Program-made: the position numbers and the translations under genes | Notes under the pieces: generated by a model | What the model saw: only the letters and a program-made list of their open reading frames with translations | The model's database searches: none | What the model was told of the DNA's origin: nothing | Origin: Bacteroidia bacterium | GTDB lineage: Bacteria > Bacteroidota > Bacteroidia > UKL13-3 | NCBI GenBank assembly: GCA_044353855.1 | Contig: JBILBF010000001.1 | Coordinates: forward strand, 422,071-486,070 | Direction: 5' to 3' | DNA length: 64,000 bases | Part shown: piece after piece, positions 50,271 to 61,858 of the stretch | Numbering within the stretch: position 1 is the stretch's first letter | Layout: each line of letters opens with the position of its first letter

Positions 50271-51566
50271 CTAGTTTTTCAACCAAAGCTCGGGATCCAA
50301 TTTTTTATCCATAAGCCAAATTTGAAATTGCACTTCTGTAATGCCTTCTTCGTTTGTATCAACTACTCCAATAATTTGTTTACTATCAATTAATTGGCCT
50401 TCTTTTACTGTTGTACTTGCTAGTCTTGCATAGGCTGTAAAATATTTTCCATGGCTAATAAGTACAATTTTACCCATACCGGGTACATTAAATATCTTCG
50501 TTACTTTTCCTTTAAAAACGGCTCTTACGTTAGCATTGGGCTGGGTACTTATATCCACGCCATTGCTATTTACTTGTACCCCTTTTAAGGTTGGATGAGC
50601 ATGAGTTCCAAACTCCTCAGTGATATATCCACGCTCAACAGGCCAAGGTAAATTGTTTTTATTCTGTTCAAAATCCGCACTCATTTTTAGTACTTCTGGA
50701 GTTAAAAACAAATCGGGTTCAACTTTGCCAATTGGCTTTACAGGCTCATTTATTGGGCTAATTGTTCCTGATGCGGCAGCTTTACGGGCAGCTTCTTCTC
50801 TTCTTCTTGCTTCTTCTTTTCTACGTGCTTCTTCAATTTCTTTGGCAATCATATCCTCTATGGCCCTATTTAATTTTTTTGCAGCAGCTTGACTTTCGGC
50901 CAATTGTTTGCGAATCTCTTTTTCTTTTTGTTGCAATGAAGTTAGCACCTTGCCTTCTTCTTTTTTGTCTTGTTCTAATTCTATACGTTCAGTTTCTCTC
51001 ATTCCAATCAGCCCTAATTTTTCTTGTTTTTTGGAGAGCAACTGATTTAGGGCATAAATAATTTCTTTTTGTGTACCAAGGATTCGTTCAGCTTGTCGTT
51101 GTCTATAATCGCTATATTGATTAAGGTATTCAATCCTCTTTAGTGCTTGATTAAAACTTTGTGCCGAAAAAATAAACATCATTTTATCATAAACATTCCG
51201 TCCCTTGTAAGCAGCTAAAATACTTTTGGCATAATCCTGTTTTAGCTTTTCGAGTTGTTGTTTTAATAGAACGAGTGAATCTCTTGACTCAGATATTTGA
51301 TTGCCTAACACAGATATTTGAGATTGCACATTGGTAATAATACGTTCTCGGGTTTTTATTTGGCTACTTATTGCTTTAAGTTGGGAAAGTGATGAGCTTT
51401 GTTTTTTGCGCGTATCTTCTAATACTTTTTTTGCCTGCTTAATTTTTTCAAGTAGCTCTATGCGCTTAGTTTCTAACTCTTTTCGCTGATTTTGCGTGGT
51501 TTGTCCGACAGCATTTATACTTAACAGCAAACAAAGAACAAGAATTTTACAGGCGAACTCTTTCAT
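50271..51566 (-). CDS. envC: EnvC-like murein hydrolase activator (coiled coil + degenerate M23 domain)
   Basis: Long coiled coil, LPWPV, GVDI, M23-like C-terminus; start moved to ATG 51566. Confidence 0.85.
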   Translation of the reverse strand: MKEFACKILVLCLLLSINAVGQTTQNQRKELETKRIELLEKIKQAKKVLEDTRKKQSSSLSQLKAISSQIKTRERIITNVQSQISVLGNQISESRDSLVLLKQQLEKLKQDYAKSILAAYKGRNVYDKMMFIFSAQSFNQALKRIEYLNQYSDYRQRQAERILGTQKEIIYALNQLLSKKQEKLGLIGMRETERIELEQDKKEEGKVLTSLQQKEKEIRKQLAESQAAAKKLNRAIEDMIAKEIEEARRKEEARRREEAARKAAASGTISPINEPVKPIGKVEPDLFLTPEVLKMSADFEQNKNNLPWPVERGYITEEFGTHAHPTLKGVQVNSNGVDISTQPNANVRAVFKGKVTKIFNVPGMGKIVLISHGKYFTAYARLASTTVKEGQLIDSKQIIGVVDTNEEGITEVQFQIWLMDKKLDPELWLKN

Positions 51567-52338
51567 ACGATTTAGGAATACTAAATTGAAGGTCTTTCTT
51601 TTTTTCAAACACAAAATTTTTGATGTCGAAACTTACATACATTTTTTTTGAAGTATTGATAGTTATATTAAAATTAGACGGAATTAGGTTGTTACCTTCT
51701 GCATGAACTTGCTCATAACTAACAATCATTTCTTGACTTTTAGAAGACTCATTTATGATAGATTGTGAAATCTTAAGATTGGGAGTGTAAATTGTTTTTT
51801 GAACAATAGTGCTTGTTAATTGTTGAAGTACTTGTATTGAATTTGGTGTAGAATCAACAGAACAGGCAGATTCAATATTAGGAAACAAGGTATTGCCAAT
51901 TAATAAATGTTGAAGATTACTCAATTGTAAATTGGCCCCAGTAATTTTTTGTATAAAATTATAGTCGGCAATTATAGCTTTTCTATGCAATAGATCTAAA
52001 ATAACCAACGAGTCGGGTGTTGCTAATACACGTGCAACAGCAATACCCATTATAGCCGTTACATTCAATGAAATGTATTTATCCTTTTCCATAACAATAG
52101 TTACACCTAATTCTTGTTTTTGGTTTTCGTCTTTAAAATTCAAATCGCCTGTTGCTGAGTAAAAATCCAAGGTGTTTTTTTGCAGCTCAATGGTTTTTAA
52201 TAACATTATTTTTCCAGTAGGCAATTCAATCTCTTTCGCTTTTTGAGAAGTTGAAGTAAGAATCCCCTTTTTACTTTTACAAGAATGTAAAGTGATTATT
52301 AAACTAGTTAAAACGATAAACAAAGTGGTTTTATTCAT
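51547..52338 (-). CDS. DUF4292-like lipoprotein
   Basis: Lipobox LHSC; FSIPKSY C-terminus; typical position between TPR and envC genes. Confidence 0.75.
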   Translation of the reverse strand: MNKTTLFIVLTSLIITLHSCKSKKGILTSTSQKAKEIELPTGKIMLLKTIELQKNTLDFYSATGDLNFKDENQKQELGVTIVMEKDKYISLNVTAIMGIAVARVLATPDSLVILDLLHRKAIIADYNFIQKITGANLQLSNLQHLLIGNTLFPNIESACSVDSTPNSIQVLQQLTSTIVQKTIYTPNLKISQSIINESSKSQEMIVSYEQVHAEGNNLIPSNFNITINTSKKMYVSFDIKNFVFEKKKDLQFSIPKSYERVRL

Positions 52339-54070
52339 ACATTTTGCCTTCCTTAATTTTTTTATCTAAAACGGCACTTGTATTTCCAAGCTCTTTAGCT
52401 TTTTTCCAATTTAACAGGGCTCCTTCTTTGTTGTTTAATTTATAAAGGATATCTCCAAGATGGTCCAAAACCTCCGCATTGTTTGGTGATACGGACAATG
52501 ACTTTTCAACATACTCTTTTGCTAATATATATTCTCCTTGTACATATAAAATCCATCCGTATGTATCCATATATGATGGGTTTCCGCTATCTATCAGTAG
52601 GCTTTTTTTGGATAAGGTTGCTGCTTTTTCTAATTGTGTTTTACGTAAACTTAAGAAATAGGCATAATTATTAAGAGCGTATGCATTATTCGAATCTTTT
52701 TGTATGAGAGATTCATAAACAGAATCGCTTGCGGCATAATTTTTAACATAATGATAGGCATCTCCTAATGATGAGGAAAGTTGAGCAACAATATCTTCTT
52801 CTTCTGAAGTAGCTATTGCTATGCCTCTTTTAGCCAAATCAATTGACTTGTCATACTGTTTAAGTTGAGCAGCTGCAATTGCACCATAAGCATAAAAGGC
52901 GGCTTCATTTGGAAAATATATCAATGCGTCTTCACAATCAAGCAACAAAAAAGTATTGTTGATTAACTGCGAGCTACAATAGATTGTTTGTTGCCAAGCC
53001 AAATATGTTCCAGGTTCAATTGCCAATGCTTTTCGGTATTCTATTCTTGCAGAGTCAAATTTTCGTTGTTGTCCATAAAGATCTCCCAATACCATATATG
53101 GCAAAGGCTCATTTGAATTACCCTGAACAAAAACACGAGCTAAACTCAACATCTTATCGGACTGGTCTTCAAACTCTTTCCCGCCCATAAACATCGAAAG
53201 AACGGATACTTTTGTTTTCGCATCTATGTCAGAAGACGCCATTCCTCTTTTTAAATAGTCAAACCAAGTTGAATACTCTTTGATTGATTTATGATAATCA
53301 GCCAATGCAAATAATGCAAAACCATTAGTTGGATTTTCAAGGAGTATAGATTTATAAATGACAATTGCTTCTGTTGTTTTACCATTTGCCCAATATAAAT
53401 CCGCCAACATTCCCTTATATTTTAAATTAGCAGGATAAGCACCATTCAGTTTTTTAACTTCCTTTATCGCTTTGTCTAATTTATTTTGTGCTAAATAAAT
53501 TTGTTCTTTACGAATGACAATATCTTCATTGATACCAATGTTTTTTTCTACTTCTTCTAAAACCTTAATGGCATTTCCGTAGTCTTTAATAAGGGTATAC
53601 AAATAGGCTGACTTTAATAAATAATCAACCTCTTTTTTTTCTCGGCCCACTATTGTTAGCAGGTTTGCTGCTTCTTTATTTTTTTTTAATCCTATGTATA
53701 TATCTACTAATAACTCTTTGTACCAAACATTTGTTGGTTCTAACCTAATGGCAACAAGTGTATATTTTTCGGCACTTTCATATTGTTTTTTCTGAAAATA
53801 AGTGTCGCCTAACACAAAATTTAAAGCGGCATTTTGAGGATTTAATCCATAACAGAAGGCAAACTGTTTTATGGCATCATCATAGTTGACTAGTATTTTT
53901 TCTTTGTTGCCATTTACAAATGCAATATCAAATTTTAATTGCTGTTCCTCTGAAAGTGGCCTGTTTTTTTGAGCATTCACACTTGCTGCAAACACACAAA
54001 AACAAAGCAAAAAAATATATTTTAAGGGTTGTTTCAAAACGCATTTATAAGTTAGTCGTATAATCTCCAA
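52331..54070 (-). CDS. TPR-repeat exported protein
   Basis: Multiple TPRs, ALNNYAYFL, YMDTYGWILY, DHLGD; true start probably slightly downstream. Confidence 0.85.
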   Translation of the reverse strand: MEIIRLTYKCVLKQPLKYIFLLCFCVFAASVNAQKNRPLSEEQQLKFDIAFVNGNKEKILVNYDDAIKQFAFCYGLNPQNAALNFVLGDTYFQKKQYESAEKYTLVAIRLEPTNVWYKELLVDIYIGLKKNKEAANLLTIVGREKKEVDYLLKSAYLYTLIKDYGNAIKVLEEVEKNIGINEDIVIRKEQIYLAQNKLDKAIKEVKKLNGAYPANLKYKGMLADLYWANGKTTEAIVIYKSILLENPTNGFALFALADYHKSIKEYSTWFDYLKRGMASSDIDAKTKVSVLSMFMGGKEFEDQSDKMLSLARVFVQGNSNEPLPYMVLGDLYGQQRKFDSARIEYRKALAIEPGTYLAWQQTIYCSSQLINNTFLLLDCEDALIYFPNEAAFYAYGAIAAAQLKQYDKSIDLAKRGIAIATSEEEDIVAQLSSSLGDAYHYVKNYAASDSVYESLIQKDSNNAYALNNYAYFLSLRKTQLEKAATLSKKSLLIDSGNPSYMDTYGWILYVQGEYILAKEYVEKSLSVSPNNAEVLDHLGDILYKLNNKEGALLNWKKAKELGNTSAVLDKKIKEGKMYE

Positions 54071-55055
54071 TGCTTAAGTCTTTAGCTTCACCTGTATACT
54101 CTACAAAATTGCCTAACATAGCATTGGTTATAATGGCATTTTTTATTTTACCGTTTGTTTGAATAATACAATTACTAATGACCGACTGTTCTATTGTTGT
54201 TTCGTCTCCTATGCTTGCATTTGGACCTACAATAGCGTTTTTGATAACCACATTTTTACCTATAAAAGAGGGTTGGATAATGATGGCATTTTCTGTTTTT
54301 ACGGAAGCATCAACCATCGTTTCACCTTTTGTATGCATATGAAAAAGGATACGAGAATTGGTATAAACAGTTGAATTTTTATTGCCACAATCCAACCATT
54401 CTTCAACTTTACCAGCTTCAAATTGCAGGCCTTTACTTTTCATATTATCCAGCGCATTTGTCAATTGATATTCGCCTTTTTCCATTATTTTATTATCAAG
54501 TAAATATTGTAACTCATTGCGCAAATTTGCACCATCTTTAAAGTAATATATTCCGATAATAGCTAAATCGCTTATAAACTCTTGAGGCTTTTCAATAAAA
54601 TCAGTAATTACGCCATCGGCATTGAGTTTTACAACCCCAAATTGCCTTGGGTCTTCTATTTGTTGTACCCAAATAATTCCATCCTTGTTTCTGTCTAATT
54701 TAAAACCAGCTTTAAACAAAGTATCAGCAAAAACAACCAATACGTTTCCATCTAAAGATTCTTTGGCACACATAATGGCATGTGCAGTTCCTAGTGCTTC
54801 ATTTTGATAATAGATACTTCCTTTAGCGCCAATTTTTTCGGCCACAGCTATCAATCTTTTTTCCACAGCCTTACCAAAGCTTGGATGTATAATGTAGGCT
54901 ACCTCTTCTATCCCTTCGCCACAAACGTCTTCCAAATCCTCTATAATTTTTTGAACGATTGGTTTGCCACCAACAGGGATTAAAGGTTTTGGCACTGTTA
55001 ATGTATGTGGCCTCATGCGTTTACCCATACCGGCCATAGGTACAATTATCTTCAT
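54045..55055 (-). CDS. Sugar-phosphate nucleotidyltransferase with hexapeptide repeats
   Basis: MAGMGKRMRPHT...PKPL, FIEKP, WLDCG, left-handed beta-helix tail. Confidence 0.88.
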   Translation of the reverse strand: MKIIVPMAGMGKRMRPHTLTVPKPLIPVGGKPIVQKIIEDLEDVCGEGIEEVAYIIHPSFGKAVEKRLIAVAEKIGAKGSIYYQNEALGTAHAIMCAKESLDGNVLVVFADTLFKAGFKLDRNKDGIIWVQQIEDPRQFGVVKLNADGVITDFIEKPQEFISDLAIIGIYYFKDGANLRNELQYLLDNKIMEKGEYQLTNALDNMKSKGLQFEAGKVEEWLDCGNKNSTVYTNSRILFHMHTKGETMVDASVKTENAIIIQPSFIGKNVVIKNAIVGPNASIGDETTIEQSVISNCIIQTNGKIKNAIITNAMLGNFVEYTGEAKDLSIGDYTTNL

Positions 55056-55140
55056 GTTATATTATTTCGTTCGATTGTGATTAATTAAAAAAAGAGTTAA
55101 CAGCAAGGTTATTGCAACTCGTTAAAATGTTTGCTTAGCA

Positions 55141-55572
55141 TTATTTTCCTGTGCTTCCGTATCCTCCCGCACCTCTATTTGTTTCGTCCAAGGATTCAAC
55201 AATTTCCCATTGAGCAACTTCGTGTTTGGCGATTACCATTTGAGCAATTCGTTCTCCTTCTTTTATATCAAAAGATTCAGTTCCAAAGTTGATTAATAAT
55301 ACTTTAATCTCGCCCCTGTAATCTGCATCAATAGTGCCAGGTGAATTAAGAACGGTGATACCATGTTTAAATGCTAAACCGCTTCTTGGCCTAATTTGCG
55401 CTTCGTACCCAATAGGTAATGCCATAAATAAGCCTGTAGGAACCAGCACACGTTGCAAAGGAGCAATAGTTAATGTTTCAGTCAGGTTTGCACGCAAATC
55501 CATTCCTGCAGCATGTGCAGTTTCGTATGCAGGCAAAGGATGGTTTGATGTATTGATTATATTAATTTTCAT
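55141..55572 (-). CDS. dut: dUTP diphosphatase
   Basis: [36 protein letters not shown]. Confidence 0.97.
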   Translation of the reverse strand: MKINIINTSNHPLPAYETAHAAGMDLRANLTETLTIAPLQRVLVPTGLFMALPIGYEAQIRPRSGLAFKHGITVLNSPGTIDADYRGEIKVLLINFGTESFDIKEGERIAQMVIAKHEVAQWEIVESLDETNRGAGGYGSTGK

Positions 55573-55577
55573 ACTCC

Positions 55578-57056
55578 TTAATTGGGCAAATTTACACTAT
55601 TATTTCTTCTTTCAAATACGAAAGCAATACCTGTAAAACCGAGTAATAGTAAGCCATTTACACCATATTGCATAAAATGGCTATTTTGATATAATGGTTG
55701 TATCCATAACGATACACCATAAATAGTTAACGCTATTGTTAAATATATCATAAATCGACCAACTTGATAAGGTATGGGATAATATTTGGCACCCAACAGA
55801 TAACAAATGACAACCATGCTAACATAACAAATAAGGGTAGCCCAAGCAGAACCAGTATACCCAAAATGGGGAACTAGCAATAAATTGGCAACAATAGTAA
55901 TAGCTGCTCCTGTTATCGAAATGATTGCTCCTTTATTGGTGTTGTCACTTAATTTATACCATATAGAGAGGTTAAAATACACCCCTAAAAATAAATTGGC
56001 AATAAGCAAAATAGGTACTACATGCAATCCTTCCCAATAACGCTCATTTATAAAATGTTTAAACACATCAATAAATAACATTACAAGCAGAAATAGTCCT
56101 AAACAAATAAGCACAAAATAGTTCATAACTGTTGCGTAAATGGTGCGCTTATCACTCGTTTGAGCATGGTTAAAAAAGAATGGCTCGGCAGCATATCTAA
56201 ACGCTTGAATAAATAAACTCATTAAAATAGCCAATTTATAATTAGCCCCATAAATACCTGTTGCCTCAAGCCCCTTTTGAACATCGCTGTATGAATACGA
56301 AATAATGATTCTATCCAAGGTTTCATTAATCATTCCGGCAAAACCAACAACCATTAATGGCAATCCATATACAATCATTTCGCGCCAAAGTGATTTATTA
56401 AATGAACCATTTCTTATGGCTACTAGTTCTTTGGCTAAAAGAGGGAGTGTAATTAAACTGGCTATTAAGTTTGCAATAAAAATATAACCAATATGCATTT
56501 GTCCATCGTAAAAAGGCAACAACACATTATTATTATTTTGCACCCAAGGGCATAGCAATAAAAAATATAAGTTAAGCAAAATATTGGTAAAAATATTTAT
56601 GTTTTTAATTAGGGCAAACTTGAGTGCTTTATTGTGTTGACGCAGATATGCAAAGGGAACAGCACTCATGGCATCTAAAGCTATAATAAAGCTAAAATAG
56701 AGTATATATTCTGGATGTTGAGGGATATGAATTGCATTTGCCAAGGGCTTAGCAAAAACAATAAACAACAAAATAAAAAACACAGACGAGCTTATAATTG
56801 AAGTTAAAGCTGTACTGTATACTTGTTGTGGGTTATCCTTTTTTTGTGAAAACCGAAAAAAGGCAGTTTCCATTCCATAAGTAAGCAGCACATTAAAAAA
56901 GGTAACATATGAATACATTAAGGTATTAACGCCATAATCGCCTGTTGCAAATAGTGCTGTGTGCAGCGGAACAAGGAGGTAATTGACAAAACGACCTACA
57001 ATTTGGCTTAGCCCATATACAGCAGTTTGAGATGCAAGTTTTTTAAGTGGATTCAA
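55578..57056 (-). CDS. Polysaccharide flippase (Wzx/MOP family)
   Basis: Many TM helices; [25 protein letters not shown]. Confidence 0.85.
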   Translation of the reverse strand: MNPLKKLASQTAVYGLSQIVGRFVNYLLVPLHTALFATGDYGVNTLMYSYVTFFNVLLTYGMETAFFRFSQKKDNPQQVYSTALTSIISSSVFFILLFIVFAKPLANAIHIPQHPEYILYFSFIIALDAMSAVPFAYLRQHNKALKFALIKNINIFTNILLNLYFLLLCPWVQNNNNVLLPFYDGQMHIGYIFIANLIASLITLPLLAKELVAIRNGSFNKSLWREMIVYGLPLMVVGFAGMINETLDRIIISYSYSDVQKGLEATGIYGANYKLAILMSLFIQAFRYAAEPFFFNHAQTSDKRTIYATVMNYFVLICLGLFLLVMLFIDVFKHFINERYWEGLHVVPILLIANLFLGVYFNLSIWYKLSDNTNKGAIISITGAAITIVANLLLVPHFGYTGSAWATLICYVSMVVICYLLGAKYYPIPYQVGRFMIYLTIALTIYGVSLWIQPLYQNSHFMQYGVNGLLLLGFTGIAFVFERRNNSVNLPN

Positions 57057-57154
57057 AAGCGGATTATTTACAATGATTCAAATAACATAAAATTATTTCA
57101 GAGAAATGACCTTGTTTACGCACAGCTTTGGTTTGTTTGTCTATTTTCGCAACT

Positions 57155-58963
57155 ATGCGTTCACAATTATTATTATTTTTATCTTTAATTGCTGGCTTGG
57201 CTTCATTTGCCCAAAGTACAGATGAACAATTGGCTGCACAATATTTTAGCAATAACGAATTTGATAAAGCGGCAGATATGTATGATAAACTATTGAATAA
57301 GAATGCTAGCTCTGGGTATTATTATGAAAATCTCCTTTCATGCTATTTAAGCGTTAACAAATTTGATGAAGCTGAAAAATTAACCAAAAAGCAACAACGA
57401 AAATTTAGTACCAATATGGGCTTTAAGGTAGACCAAGGATTTGTTTATAAAAAACAAAACTTAATCGAAGTGGCTCAAAAAAATTGGACTAAATTGGTAG
57501 ATGACATAACGGGGCAAGAGATACAAGCAAATGAGTTGGCATCTGCTTTTCAAAAAAGAGGGGAGCTAGATTTTGCCATTGCAACGTTTGAAACAGCCCG
57601 TAAAAAAAGCAATAGTCCTCAGCTGTTTAGTTTTGAACTAGCTCGGCTTTATGCCGATAAACATGAAACCCAAAAAATGGTAAATGAATACTTGGCAATT
57701 TTGTCTGATAATCCAGCAATGTATCAAGAGGACATTGAAGGATATTTGCAAGCATATTTGGAAAAAACAGAAGATTTTGAAATTGTAAAATTGGCGGTTC
57801 TCAAAAAACAAAAAGAATATTCTAATAATCCTGCATACAGTGATTTGCTGGTTTGGTTATACGTTCAACGGAAAGATTTTAGCAGTGCATTTATACAAAC
57901 CCGTGCTATTGATAAGCGCAATAAAGAAGAAGGACAGCAGGTTTTACAACTCGCTAATTTGGCTTTGCAAAACGAATATTATGACGATGCTACAAACATG
58001 TTTAACTACATTATAAGCTTAGGAAAAGATAAGGTAAATTACATGAATGCACGTATTGGAACGCTGAATGCTCGAAACAACAAAGTAATTCATACAACAC
58101 AATATACCATAGCTGATTTGCAACTATTGGAAACCGACTACAATGCGTTTTTAACTGAATTTGGCAAATATTATTTTACAGCATCCGTAATGCGCGATCT
58201 TGCAAGGTTGCAAGCTTATTATATCCATAATTATGCAACCTCCATTAGTTTGTTTCAAGAACTAGTTGATATGCAACGTATAGACAATCAATTTAAAGCA
58301 AATTGTAAATTAGAACTAGGCGATATTTATATTCTAAAAGGCGAAGAGTGGGAAGCAATGCTGCTTTACGGCCAAGTAGATAAAGACTATAAAGAAGATC
58401 CGTTAGGGCAAGAAGCAAAATTTAGAAATGCAAGACTGAGTTATTATATGGGCGAGTTTGAATGGGCAAGAGCACAATTGGATGTTTTAAAAACTGCTAC
58501 TACCCAACTTATTGCCAACAATGCATTAGAGCTTTCGTTGCTTATTCAAGATAACACTTTGGATAGTATAGAAGAACCATTGCAACTATTTGCCAAAGCT
58601 GATTTGTATTATTACCAAAACAAAACGGTAGAAGCAATTCAATTATTAGATAGCATTGAAATATTATTTCCGCGCCACTCCCTTGCCGATGATATATTGT
58701 ATAAGCGTGCCGAAATAAGCTATAAAAACCGCAACTATACCCAAAGTGTAACATATTTAAACCAGCTATTAAAAGAACACGGGACGGATATTTTGGGCGA
58801 TAACGCACTATTTATGTTAGCGGATATAACTGAAAAAAAGTTGAATGATACGCTTGCTGCTCAAAAATTATATGAAGATTTTTTGGAAAAATATCCGGGC
58901 AGTTTTTTTACTGCAGAAGTTAGAAAACGATATAGAAAACTGCGTGGCGATTTAGTGAATTAA
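57155..58963 (+). CDS. TPR-repeat exported protein
   Basis: Signal peptide from ATG 57155; TPRs; ends RKRYRKLRGD. Confidence 0.82.
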   Translation: MRSQLLLFLSLIAGLASFAQSTDEQLAAQYFSNNEFDKAADMYDKLLNKNASSGYYYENLLSCYLSVNKFDEAEKLTKKQQRKFSTNMGFKVDQGFVYKKQNLIEVAQKNWTKLVDDITGQEIQANELASAFQKRGELDFAIATFETARKKSNSPQLFSFELARLYADKHETQKMVNEYLAILSDNPAMYQEDIEGYLQAYLEKTEDFEIVKLAVLKKQKEYSNNPAYSDLLVWLYVQRKDFSSAFIQTRAIDKRNKEEGQQVLQLANLALQNEYYDDATNMFNYIISLGKDKVNYMNARIGTLNARNNKVIHTTQYTIADLQLLETDYNAFLTEFGKYYFTASVMRDLARLQAYYIHNYATSISLFQELVDMQRIDNQFKANCKLELGDIYILKGEEWEAMLLYGQVDKDYKEDPLGQEAKFRNARLSYYMGEFEWARAQLDVLKTATTQLIANNALELSLLIQDNTLDSIEEPLQLFAKADLYYYQNKTVEAIQLLDSIEILFPRHSLADDILYKRAEISYKNRNYTQSVTYLNQLLKEHGTDILGDNALFMLADITEKKLNDTLAAQKLYEDFLEKYPGSFFTAEVRKRYRKLRGDLVN

Positions 58964-58975
58964 CTCTGACCTATT

Positions 58976-59281
58976 ATGATAATATACAACGTAACCATAA
59001 ACATAGAAGACAATGCCCACGATGTGTGGTTGGCTTGGATGAAAGACACTCATATTCCTCAAGTAATGGATACGGGATTGTTTGTTGATTATAGTTTTTC
59101 GAAATTACTGGATAGGCAAGAAGACGAAACGGGCACAACCTATGTAATACAATACATGGCAAATACCATGGCCGATTACGAAACATACCAAGCTGAATGT
59201 GCACCTGCATTGCAAGCTGAAACCCGCAAATACTTTGAAGGAAAATTTGTGGCATTTAGAACGTTGATGGAAAGCGTTTAA
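58976..59281 (+). CDS. DUF4286 family protein
   Basis: MIIYNVT...WLAWM...HIP...FRTLM. Confidence 0.8.
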   Translation: MIIYNVTINIEDNAHDVWLAWMKDTHIPQVMDTGLFVDYSFSKLLDRQEDETGTTYVIQYMANTMADYETYQAECAPALQAETRKYFEGKFVAFRTLMESV

Positions 59282-59367
59282 AATAGGCTCAGGTAACTTT
59301 TAAGTTAAATCAATTTCCAGTTGCAAGTCAATTCCAAGTTTATTACTTTCGAAAAAAATTATAGCAG

Positions 59368-60228
59368 ATGAAAAAAATTACTTTACTATGTAGTTTATGG
59401 GTTTCAATTGGTTGTGCTTTTGCACAAAATAATACAGCCCAAGTTGCCGAAGCAAACCAAGCCATAAGCTCCGAAGACAATCGGATTGTTGAAGTAACAC
59501 ATAAGTTTTACGCTGCACTCGAAACGTTTTCTCGAAACAAAGAAATAATACTTGAACCGATTACTAATTTTTTGGATAAGGACTATTTATCAACGCGCTA
59601 TATCATTAACGTTAACGGCAAACAAACCCGTTCTGAGACTAAGTTAGCTGATTATAGAAACCAATTAGTAGCATTTAAATCCATTCAAGGACTTGTCGCT
59701 TCGTATCGTGTAGAAAAAATAAATTTTGTTCGATCATATGATGCATTCGCAACCGTAAATTATATTGTATTGGTAACAGCTTCAATTAACGATGAAGTTG
59801 TATTAAAGTTCAGAAGTTTAGTAACAAACTATTTACGCAAAGATGAAAATGGGGAGTGGAAAATTATTGAATCAAATGGATTGAACGTATACAAAGAACA
59901 AGAAATAGGTATATGCCCAATAGCTATATCGCAAAAGGCAAATAATGTCAATATGTATAATACAACCGTGCTATCACCTGCAGGAAATAGTTTTAAAACG
60001 GATAGTTTAACGTTTGCCTTTAAAGTTGCCAATACAAAAACAATTATTACCAGTGGCCAAAATGGTTATTTGCTAGAAAACAACGAAGTTATCTGTGTTA
60101 AAGATGAAGGAAAAGTTGTAAGCCTAAAACTAGGTAAAGGAACATCCAAAACAGAAGCCATCAATACTATATTATCTCAACATTTGTATGCAAATAAATG
60201 TATGGGATTTAAAACATTAACTAAATAA
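59368..60228 (+). CDS. Exported hypothetical protein, possible NTF2/SnoaL-like domain
   Basis: Signal peptide; LRKDENGEWKII pattern. Confidence 0.55.
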   Translation: MKKITLLCSLWVSIGCAFAQNNTAQVAEANQAISSEDNRIVEVTHKFYAALETFSRNKEIILEPITNFLDKDYLSTRYIINVNGKQTRSETKLADYRNQLVAFKSIQGLVASYRVEKINFVRSYDAFATVNYIVLVTASINDEVVLKFRSLVTNYLRKDENGEWKIIESNGLNVYKEQEIGICPIAISQKANNVNMYNTTVLSPAGNSFKTDSLTFAFKVANTKTIITSGQNGYLLENNEVICVKDEGKVVSLKLGKGTSKTEAINTILSQHLYANKCMGFKTLTK

Positions 60229-61323
60229 CTGCGAGTGCAATAAACTTCCTAAGGTTTCCATTTTTGTTACGGTTTCTTCCCATTCAGCTGTAGGATTTGA
60301 GTCTTCTGTAATGCCTGCTCCTGCGTACAAAAGCGCATTTTTATCGCCTACTTCCATGCAACGTAAATTTACATATAAATGTGTTTCATTGGGCTTTACT
60401 AATCCTATAAAACCACTATAAAATCTGCGTTCAAGATGTTCTTTTTGTGAAATTAAGATGGAGGCTTCAAATTGAGGCAATCCACATACTGCTGGAGTTG
60501 GGTTGAGTACACCTAATAATTTACTAAATTTTTGTTTCAATACTTCAGGTTTGGGTTTCCAGCTAATTGAAGAACATAAATGTTTGACAGCTCCAGCCTC
60601 AATTGTCTCAACAGCTGATTTACGAATACTATTAAGCTTTAAACTAGTGAAAGCATCTTCAATAAAAAACTCAGTCATGTTTTGCTCATCGTGTTCTTTA
60701 TCTGTCCATTCCTGATTTGATGCTATTGGCAAAGTGCCGGCTAATGCCACAGTTTTTACTATTCCTTTTTCCACAGTGAGCAATTTTTCTGGAGAAGCAC
60801 CGCACCAACTTCCCAAGTCATGAATGTAAAAAAAGTACACGCAGGCAGTTAAATATTGTTGAGTGAGTTGCTGATAAAAAAGGGCGATATCGAAACGCTC
60901 ATTCAGATCAAAAGGCTCACATCTGGCAGCCACAACTTTGTCTAATTTATTCTTTTTTATAGCATCAATACCCTCTTGAATATAATTTTGGAAATCATTT
61001 TGCTGTGCAAAAAAGTTTGACAAGTTTTTTTTAAACGCAAATGGATGAAGTGTGGCTTCAGAAGGAATTGCTGGCCCAAACACTAACGTCTCATTGGTAT
61101 AATAGGTTTCAGCCTGGAGTATATAACCTAAATTACCAGCACTGTAAGGTGAGCAAACAAACTGTGTGGCCCCTTCGTTAATTAAATCAACTTTAAGCAG
61201 TTTAGGTTGTTCGCGGCTATATAAAAAGTGTATATCAGTGCTATTCGGTAATCTTACAGCGGCAAAATTGAGCTTATGAGCTGCTGCTTCATTAAACCTT
61301 TGGCGGATTAAAGTTTCGTTCAT
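60217..61323 (-). CDS. menF: Isochorismate synthase (chorismate-binding enzyme)
   Basis: KVVAAR, GASPE, ALAGT, PTPAVCG, YVNLRC, YAGAGI. Confidence 0.85.
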   Translation of the reverse strand: MNETLIRQRFNEAAAHKLNFAAVRLPNSTDIHFLYSREQPKLLKVDLINEGATQFVCSPYSAGNLGYILQAETYYTNETLVFGPAIPSEATLHPFAFKKNLSNFFAQQNDFQNYIQEGIDAIKKNKLDKVVAARCEPFDLNERFDIALFYQQLTQQYLTACVYFFYIHDLGSWCGASPEKLLTVEKGIVKTVALAGTLPIASNQEWTDKEHDEQNMTEFFIEDAFTSLKLNSIRKSAVETIEAGAVKHLCSSISWKPKPEVLKQKFSKLLGVLNPTPAVCGLPQFEASILISQKEHLERRFYSGFIGLVKPNETHLYVNLRCMEVGDKNALLYAGAGITEDSNPTAEWEETVTKMETLGSLLHSQLFS

Positions 61324-61762
61324 CTTTTTTTAATTCAATTACGGCCATCGTTAACCTACTAATGCAACATAGTTTATCATGCTCATCAGTTATTTTAATT
61401 TCCCATATCTGTGTTGTTCGCCCTAAATGAATGGGCTTGGCAACTCCATATACATAGGTGCCACCAACTCCTTCATGTGCCGAACGAATATGGTTTGCAT
61501 TAATATCTAGCCCTACAGCAACATACAAATCACGGTTTAGACACATATTTGCAGCAGTACTTCCTAAACTCTCGGCCAACACACAATAGGCACCGCCATT
61601 CACAATCCGAAGAGGCTGGACCGAACGGTGATCAACAGGCATTCGGGCTTTAAGATAGTCTTCGCCATGTTCTGTCACTTCAATACCTATCCATTCACAC
61701 AAGGTGTTTTTGTTTCGGGTGTTAATTTTTTCGAGATTAATGTCTCCAATAAAAATGCTCAT
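61292..61762 (-). CDS. Hotdog-fold thioesterase, probable DHNA-CoA hydrolase (MenI-like)
   Basis: MPVD, QP...NGG...LAESLGS, INANH; overlaps menF. Confidence 0.8.
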   Translation of the reverse strand: MSIFIGDINLEKINTRNKNTLCEWIGIEVTEHGEDYLKARMPVDHRSVQPLRIVNGGAYCVLAESLGSTAANMCLNRDLYVAVGLDINANHIRSAHEGVGGTYVYGVAKPIHLGRTTQIWEIKITDEHDKLCCISRLTMAVIELKKDERNFNPPKV

Positions 61763-61858
61763 CGTAACGCAAACCTATGGTATCAAGTTTATATTAACAA
61801 TTCCGATTTAGGTATGCGGTAAATTGTGTAATTATGCAATATTAAAATTGTTGATTAC